This document shows positions 57,941-64,000 of a DNA stretch of 64,000 nucleotides, one piece after another. Position 1 is the stretch's first letter, and every line of letters starts with the position of its first letter. The position numbers and the translations under genes are program-made. Below the pieces are notes generated by a model, which was not told the DNA's origin, ran no database searches, and saw only the letters and a program-made list of their open reading frames with translations. Where the stretch lies: positions 23,146 to 87,145 of IMG/VR virus record IMGVR_UViG_3300025133_000055; one strand, written 5' to 3'. The DNA is from a virus.

Positions 57941-59004
57941 TGGCTTTAGTTTGGAGTTGGGGTTGGGAAATTGATGCCGCTAAGGAAAAATATCAGGATG
58001 CTGGATGGAGTTGGACTCTTGGCGACACCGGCGGTTCGAGTACAAATTATGCAGATTCGGCGCAGCCATTGATTGGTTATGGGGGCGGAAGCAGGTGTTT
58101 GCGCCTTGGCTATAACGGTCAGAATATACTTTCTAGTTCTGCTGATATAGTAAGTGTAGATAATGGATGGCTCGTAGGTTATTGGAAGGCTGGTAGCGGA
58201 GCCACGAGTACCCAGCCAATAGAAACATCTATTTTATCTCTTGTAAGCGGAACCACAGAAATTATAGGATGTTCTGTTGATGATAATAAATTTCAACTTA
58301 GAATAAGTGGGTCAGAAGATTCAGAGACGAGTTTTGTTTGGTCGGTGGATCAATGGTATCGACTGGGAATTAAATTTGATACCCGAGGATCAACGTGGGG
58401 AGCAGAATTATATGTAAATAGTGTTCCCCTTTTATCTGGAACCGTTGCTGCCGCCGGCTCTATTGTTGGAAATCAAATAATTTGGGAGGGTACTGCTTAT
58501 AGTTTCGGTGGCGACCGGACACACTATTTTGATCATACTTTTGTTTTTGATAGTATTTCAGATAGCGGAAACGATGCATTATATATTCAAGGGCTGAGGC
58601 CAAATGCCGATGTGCTTGATGGGGACTGGAGAAGATCAGATAATGATTCCCAGACCAATCTTTATCAAGTATTAACCGGCTCTATTGACGACCCGGCTCC
58701 TACAAATTATGCAAAACTGACCGGCTCTGCGACGAGCAACTTAGTTGTTGGGATGCAAAATACGGCCGATGTTGATCCTGGATATCTTCCCACATCAGTC
58801 AAATCGTTGCATCAAATAGCCTTTCACAGAGGGGACGGAAGTTATATTTCAGCGACCGGATCCATAAATGCAATTTGGGGCGATCCCGTTGTTATTGATG
58901 CTGAAGGGGATTTCTGTACTCTTTTCGCTACGGCTAGTTCTGGGGTTACCCCTTGGGATGTGACATCTATTAACACCGCCTTGTCGATTATGAAATCTAA
59001 TTAA
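57940..59004 (+). CDS. Virion/baseplate-like beta-sandwich protein
   Basis: G/S/T/W-rich; LamG-like WY...G...LYVN; similar to 59059. Confidence 0.55.
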   Translation: MALVWSWGWEIDAAKEKYQDAGWSWTLGDTGGSSTNYADSAQPLIGYGGGSRCLRLGYNGQNILSSSADIVSVDNGWLVGYWKAGSGATSTQPIETSILSLVSGTTEIIGCSVDDNKFQLRISGSEDSETSFVWSVDQWYRLGIKFDTRGSTWGAELYVNSVPLLSGTVAAAGSIVGNQIIWEGTAYSFGGDRTHYFDHTFVFDSISDSGNDALYIQGLRPNADVLDGDWRRSDNDSQTNLYQVLTGSIDDPAPTNYAKLTGSATSNLVVGMQNTADVDPGYLPTSVKSLHQIAFHRGDGSYISATGSINAIWGDPVVIDAEGDFCTLFATASSGVTPWDVTSINTALSIMKSN

Positions 59005-59058
59005 AGGAATTTTGAAAAATGTCTAAAATAATTTATATCACACACTGGAGGGAGTTCC

Positions 59059-60108
59059 ATGGCAGTTAAATGGAGTTGGGCATTTGGCCCAGAAACTGGT
59101 ACACAACTTAACAACGAAATGGGGTGGGTTTGTAGCACGGACGGCAACCGGGTGGAGCCGACACAGGCGTATACTTATACTTATCCTGGGAGTCCCACAA
59201 CAGGGCCAAGTGCTCGATATTCCCTCCGGAGTGATCCCGATCAATGGGTTTATATTCCCAATAGTGCATGGAGTCCCGAAGGTTGGGTTGCTGTTCCTTA
59301 TTATAAAACCGTCGCTGGCATTCATAGTTACGGGAGGCTGATAAATGTCTACGGAGCGCTGGAAAATAATTCTATTTGGGTTGACTTTAGAGTCACCGAC
59401 GAGGTAGAGCTTTTCATCGATAGTGTCTCTCAAGGAAGTGTGGTGCTTTCTGGTATGACCAATGAGTGGAATTATTGGGCCCTTAGATATACGATGTTAG
59501 GAACCACCTGGGGGGCGACACTTTTTTTAAACGGAGTGGAAATTTTATCGGGATCAGAAACCGGTAAGGCGGCCGAGACGGGTGGGATAATTTCATGGTC
59601 GGGGCCTGGAAATGGCGACCGCGCTAACTATTATGGGCAAATAATTTGTTATGATAGTCTTTCTGATGTTGGCGCGAAGGAACCTTTTCAATATGTAACC
59701 CGAGTTAATCCAACGGTTGATACATCTGAAACTGGAGTTTGGACACCGAGTGTCGGATCAGATGAGTTTGCTGTTCTTTCTGCCTCTTATAATTCGAGCA
59801 CACTCACATCAAACACGGGATCCTCTACGGGAGATAAGGTTATTTGTCAGGCGCAGAATCTGGCAACACAACTTGGAACAGTGCCAAGCACTATTCCGGG
59901 AATAACCTCTCACTGTTGGGCTTCTGGCTCTGGACAAAATGGATTTACGGCATTAAGCGATGATAATGCGACGTATGATAATGGAACAGAGATTACTCCA
60001 GACACCAACGATCCGACCTATTGTTTTTCTACTGCTCCCGACCAACCATCCAACGGAGCGGTTTGGCACGCGACAAGCTCGCTATACATAAAATATGAGG
60101 TAAGTTAA
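59059..60108 (+). CDS. Virion/baseplate-like beta-sandwich protein (paralog of 57940)
   Basis: MAVKWSW vs MALVWSW; TWGA.L..N.V..LSG shared. Confidence 0.55.
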   Translation: MAVKWSWAFGPETGTQLNNEMGWVCSTDGNRVEPTQAYTYTYPGSPTTGPSARYSLRSDPDQWVYIPNSAWSPEGWVAVPYYKTVAGIHSYGRLINVYGALENNSIWVDFRVTDEVELFIDSVSQGSVVLSGMTNEWNYWALRYTMLGTTWGATLFLNGVEILSGSETGKAAETGGIISWSGPGNGDRANYYGQIICYDSLSDVGAKEPFQYVTRVNPTVDTSETGVWTPSVGSDEFAVLSASYNSSTLTSNTGSSTGDKVICQAQNLATQLGTVPSTIPGITSHCWASGSGQNGFTALSDDNATYDNGTEITPDTNDPTYCFSTAPDQPSNGAVWHATSSLYIKYEVS

Positions 60109-60112
60109 ACCA

Positions 60113-63100
60113 ATGGCCCTTTGGGACGATCTACAAAGCTATTGGCCATTAAACGGAAACGTTTACGACTATATGATGACGACTCCCGGTACGGAAGTGT
60201 CAAGTCCGACCTATAGTGCCAGCAAGCCTGGATTTGGCACCGCTCTCGACGGTTCCTCGGGGTATGCAACATTTGGGACTCCCACATATGGAACCAACAG
60301 TCTCACATTTAGCTATTGGGTGAAGCCTGCTTCCTTGTCTGGAACTTATCAGATTATCGCTGATAATCGTACCGGGTCTTACATTGGTATTTCTCTTTTT
60401 ACAACTGGTGGCGGGATAAATACTGACTTTTTTCGTTGCGAGGTTTCTTCTAACGGATCCTCTTTTGCGAATGTTTACAGCACGAGCTTGCCAGCAGCCG
60501 GTACTTGGTACAATGTTGTCATTGTTATTGAAAGTTCGAATCTTCTTAAGATGTATGTTGATGGGGTACTCCAAAGTAATGTCTCTGATTCTGCTTCAAT
60601 AGTTGGATTCGGATCTCTAACGAACAGTACTGCACATTTGGGGCATGGCACAACAGCAGGAGTTGCTGATTGGGCTGGATTAATTGATGATGTTGCTTGG
60701 TGGGATAGGGCACTGACAGCAGATGAGATCCTTGAAATTTATACTGCCGGGAATGCCGGGAAGCCCCTATCAGAATTAATCCCCAGAAGACAATTCCCAG
60801 ATGGAGGTGCTGCGACATCTTGGATTGATATGGCTGATAATACAATGCTATATCATATGTATAATACAACTGGCGCCGATACTTCTGTTAATAGTAATAC
60901 TGCCGTTGTAAGCTCGGCTACGATTATTACTGGCAAAACATTATATAGCGGATCCTCAGAGTTTACAGGAACCATTCATTTCGATGGGACCAATACCAAG
61001 GTGGATACTTTAGTAAGTGCTGGTGATGTTGGGATTAGTGGATCGTTTGCAAGAACGATTATGTCGTGGGCGAAGAGCGACTCTTGGACAGCCGGTAAGG
61101 TCATTTGGTCGATGGGAAGCAATGCTACTAGAGAGGATTTTTCTTTAGTCGCTGCCACCTCGAATCGAATTCAATTAAATACCTGGTTTGATGATTTGTT
61201 TGTAACTCCACCTTCTGTAACTGGGTGGAATCATTATGCTGTCGTTTACAGTGGTGGCGGCACTAATACGATGTCTATATATTTTAATGGAGTGTTCCTC
61301 GGATCTCAAATCCCTGGCGCGCCCCTAAATACCAGCATTTCCAATAATATTATTGTTGGCGATACAGCACACCACGGCGGATGGTCAAACTGGAATGGCG
61401 ATATTCAAGAATTTGCGATTTTTGATGCTGAATTAACCTCAACTGATATTTTAAATACCTACAACGCTCAAAAGTTTCTTTTTCTTGGGACAGGCTCACA
61501 AACAGCAATAAATTTATTCGCCTCTGTTGTCCATGATGCAACTCCTCCAACGGCTGCGGGGATTAATTTATATGCATCGGTAGTTCACGATGCAACTCCT
61601 CCAACGGCTGCGGGGATTAATTTATATGCATCGGTAGTTCACGATGCAACTCCTCCAACGGCTGCGGGGATTAATTTATTTAGTTCTGTTGTTCATGATA
61701 CCGGACAAATATCAGGAACTGTTGCAGATATTACTGGGACAGTTGGAAATCCCGCAACTTTTGATGGCACACCAATGGGTGTATCAACTGGTTCCATTAA
61801 TTATCAATGGTCTTGGCAATCTGTTCCTAGCGGAAGCGCGATTGTGAATGCCTCCTTCCCGCTGCCAGACAGCGGATCGACAACACCAGTTAATATGTCT
61901 GGAAATGTGGGATTATGGCACTTCGATTCTGAAAGTTCATCATCAGTTCCTCTTCCGCCCACCTCATCCATAGGTCTAGTCGACTCTTGGGGTGATGGAT
62001 GGCACGGATCAAATTGGGTAAGTGTACTTGTTAACTCGATTGTTGTGATAAGTAGTGCAACTTTGGGGGCTGGCGCAGGTCCGGGCTGGCATGATTATCC
62101 CGTCTCTGACGGAGACACAGTAGACATCATTTATTCTTCCCTCGGATCCGGAAGCCCACATTGGGGAAGCGAGTGTTCTTATATTCTTAATGATGGGGCT
62201 AGTGGTGCTGGTGTTAATTTTTATACTTCTCCTCTTTTTCCTACGACTCCATATTCCTATACCGCTAATGGTATAACAACTTATGCGACACCGGATAGCA
62301 GTGGTCAAGGAAATGATGCCACAATTAATGGGGCCACACAAGTTGCGGGCAGGGTGGGCTCAAATGCTTATAGCTTCGATGGTATCAACGACTACATCAC
62401 CGCGCCAAGTGCTTCGAGCCTTCAAATTACCGGGAATGTCTCCATAGCTGCGTGGATAAAGGCTGACAGCTATGCCGAGTGGGAAACCATTATACAATAC
62501 TCGAATCCCGGCGAGGCAGAAGCCGATAATCATCTCTATAGTCTCTTCTGGGCCAATACGGGTGGAGATATACGTTTCTTCTGGGAGTATGGCGGTGGAA
62601 GTAATGTCCAAACTGATTTTAATACCAATCTAAATACCGGGCAATGGTATCACATTGTGGTGGTCCGAAATACCTCGGAAATGAAAGCTTATTTGTATCT
62701 TGACGGTGCACTGTTTGACTCACAGACATATTCAGATAACCCAACAGGTGGAACTACTTCTCAACTATGGATAGGTACAAACGACGACACGTCGGTCTAC
62801 TTCGACGGCACAATTGACGAAGTTGCCCTATGGAATAGAGTACTTTCTCCACTGGAAATAAATCAAATATATTTCTTCCAATCTGGTTCGTGTGCATCCG
62901 GGTCCGTGGGACTCGGAGAAACCTTTAGTTTTACACCAGATGTCACAGGAACATACACTATCCAACTGGAATTAGACGATTCTTTGAATTCCATGAGCGG
63001 GAATGTTAATGCTGTTATTTCTTCGGGCGTTACTCCCATAACTGGAACCGGGTCAATAGAGGGTGTTGTTTGGGAATTAACTTCCGAGACAATCGGAGCA

Positions 63101-63745
63101 TCTGTAATTGAAGGAAATGTTTGGGAATTATCTACAGAGACAGCCGGTGAATCTCGAAATGAAGGTGTTGTTTGGGAACTTTCTGCCGAACCTCTTGACA
63201 AGCCATCATTAAATATTCCAGATATAACTGGCACTGCCGGTACTAGTTCTTGTTTTTATGCAACAGCGAGTTATACAGAAACAGGATCCATCGCATATGC
63301 TTGGGAATGGGTAAGCATCCCTGGCGGGTCATTGATTACATCTGGGAGTAGAACTGGATTCTCTGGTTCCGGAGGGGCATACAGCGAAATTCCGACCGGA
63401 TCGACAGCTTGCTATCTTCCTGATGTTATTGGATCATATGTTGTTAAAGGCACTTTTTATAGTGATACTGGCAGCGGAGGGGGAAGTTTTGCCTTTGATA
63501 CGGCAACTGGTGTTATATCCGACCCTCCTGCCCCTCCTGAGCCAGTTATTACCTCTTCAAACCCGAATACAAAATTAGTTGAGGCCGATGATGCCTCTTC
63601 TGGGTATGTTTTTAATACCAATAAGATTGATTTACTTTCTGTTCAAAGATCTCGGACAATAGAACAAGTTCCTTTTATTTTTGGTACAAAAAGTAAACAA
63701 ACTTTAAGACTTAGAACCAATCAGGAATTTACTGGTTCAAGTTAA
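60113..63745 (+). CDS. Large tail fibre/adhesin-like protein with three LamG (concanavalin A-like) domains
   Basis: Three W..V.......YxDG...IG....G.IDE/D.A.W.R.L...EI repeats; PKD-like Y.W segments. Confidence 0.8.
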   Translation: MALWDDLQSYWPLNGNVYDYMMTTPGTEVSSPTYSASKPGFGTALDGSSGYATFGTPTYGTNSLTFSYWVKPASLSGTYQIIADNRTGSYIGISLFTTGGGINTDFFRCEVSSNGSSFANVYSTSLPAAGTWYNVVIVIESSNLLKMYVDGVLQSNVSDSASIVGFGSLTNSTAHLGHGTTAGVADWAGLIDDVAWWDRALTADEILEIYTAGNAGKPLSELIPRRQFPDGGAATSWIDMADNTMLYHMYNTTGADTSVNSNTAVVSSATIITGKTLYSGSSEFTGTIHFDGTNTKVDTLVSAGDVGISGSFARTIMSWAKSDSWTAGKVIWSMGSNATREDFSLVAATSNRIQLNTWFDDLFVTPPSVTGWNHYAVVYSGGGTNTMSIYFNGVFLGSQIPGAPLNTSISNNIIVGDTAHHGGWSNWNGDIQEFAIFDAELTSTDILNTYNAQKFLFLGTGSQTAINLFASVVHDATPPTAAGINLYASVVHDATPPTAAGINLYASVVHDATPPTAAGINLFSSVVHDTGQISGTVADITGTVGNPATFDGTPMGVSTGSINYQWSWQSVPSGSAIVNASFPLPDSGSTTPVNMSGNVGLWHFDSESSSSVPLPPTSSIGLVDSWGDGWHGSNWVSVLVNSIVVISSATLGAGAGPGWHDYPVSDGDTVDIIYSSLGSGSPHWGSECSYILNDGASGAGVNFYTSPLFPTTPYSYTANGITTYATPDSSGQGNDATINGATQVAGRVGSNAYSFDGINDYITAPSASSLQITGNVSIAAWIKADSYAEWETIIQYSNPGEAEADNHLYSLFWANTGGDIRFFWEYGGGSNVQTDFNTNLNTGQWYHIVVVRNTSEMKAYLYLDGALFDSQTYSDNPTGGTTSQLWIGTNDDTSVYFDGTIDEVALWNRVLSPLEINQIYFFQSGSCASGSVGLGETFSFTPDVTGTYTIQLELDDSLNSMSGNVNAVISSGVTPITGTGSIEGVVWELTSETIGASVIEGNVWELSTETAGESRNEGVVWELSAEPLDKPSLNIPDITGTAGTSSCFYATASYTETGSIAYAWEWVSIPGGSLITSGSRTGFSGSGGAYSEIPTGSTACYLPDVIGSYVVKGTFYSDTGSGGGSFAFDTATGVISDPPAPPEPVITSSNPNTKLVEADDASSGYVFNTNKIDLLSVQRSRTIEQVPFIFGTKSKQTLRLRTNQEFTGSS
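61507..61700 (+). repeat. 54-bp (18-aa) tandem repeat, about 3.5 copies
   Basis: GATGCAACTCCTCCAACGGCTGCGGGGATTAATTTA at 61535, 61589 and 61643 (AAGINLYASVVHDATPPT). Confidence 0.9.
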
Positions 63746-63794
63746 ATTTTTTAAACTATTTATTATGTAATATTATTTTAAAAGGAGTATTATC

Positions 63795-64000
63795 ATGGGA
63801 AAACAAAGAAGAAGGGTCGCCCGTGCGCACTTTAAGGCACTTGCGGAGGCAGCGGCAAAGGCGGCCGCAGAAAAATCTGTAGAAGATAGGGTTGTTGAAA
63901 AACCCAAACCTATAACCAAAAAGTCAGAGCAACCTAGAGCGGTTGCAATGCCTAAGAAAGCGAAAGTTTCTACAACTAAATCTACAACCAAATCTACAAC
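63795..64000 (+). CDS. 5' part of a basic K/A/T-rich protein running off the window
   Basis: AAGGAG RBS; AACTATTTAT at about 63754; MGKQRRRVARAHF... Confidence 0.55.
   Translation, partial: MGKQRRRVARAHFKALAEAAAKAAAEKSVEDRVVEKPKPITKKSEQPRAVAMPKKAKVSTTKSTTKST

Noticed and set aside
1-64000. Stop-codon reassignment
   Set aside because: Long conserved genes are intact under the standard code, and TAA, TAG and TGA all end genes at expected positions.

Overview
A 64-kb stretch of a large dsDNA bacteriophage genome, almost entirely + strand and using the standard genetic code. The host is unknown; the lipoprotein content weakly suggests a Myxococcota/Bdellovibrionota-like Gram-negative. Four blocks are visible. 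(i) 1-19 kb: nucleotide metabolism, DNA modification and proteostasis genes (purA, IMPDH/GMP reductase, dUTPase, C5 and N6A methyltransferases with a putative restriction endonuclease, Smr, ClpP, GroEL, Nudix, trypsin-like protease, vWA lipoprotein, nucleotidyltransferase). (ii) 19.2-31.5 kb: an early/host-takeover-like module driven by seven sigma70-type promoters of a fixed triple-TTGACA architecture, with about 18 small FKxGDxI beta-barrel-like proteins, a zinc-knuckle protein and a MoxR AAA+/vWA pair. (iii) 31.5-32.45 kb: a non-coding array of phased TTGACA boxes with two matched long hairpins. (iv) 32.5-64 kb: mostly putative late genes preceded by a RACTAWTTAT motif, including cytochrome c plus radical SAM, a second ClpP, tmRNA, two amidoligases, GGCT, endolysin and LamG virion proteins. 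The strongest candidate for an undescribed system is a seven-gene cassette array (45.7-50.5 kb). One 25-nt DNA repeat encodes a common MKLLLENW..(I/L)xE leader, supplies the stop codon of the preceding gene in either alternative frame, and is fused to unrelated enzymatic payloads (ART-like, GNAT, ParB-like, HExxH peptidase). It looks like a shuffleable library of capsid-packaged effectors. A second leader family (MKITKxxLxxIIKEE) marks about ten more proteins. All functional calls come from motif recognition by eye; no searches were run.
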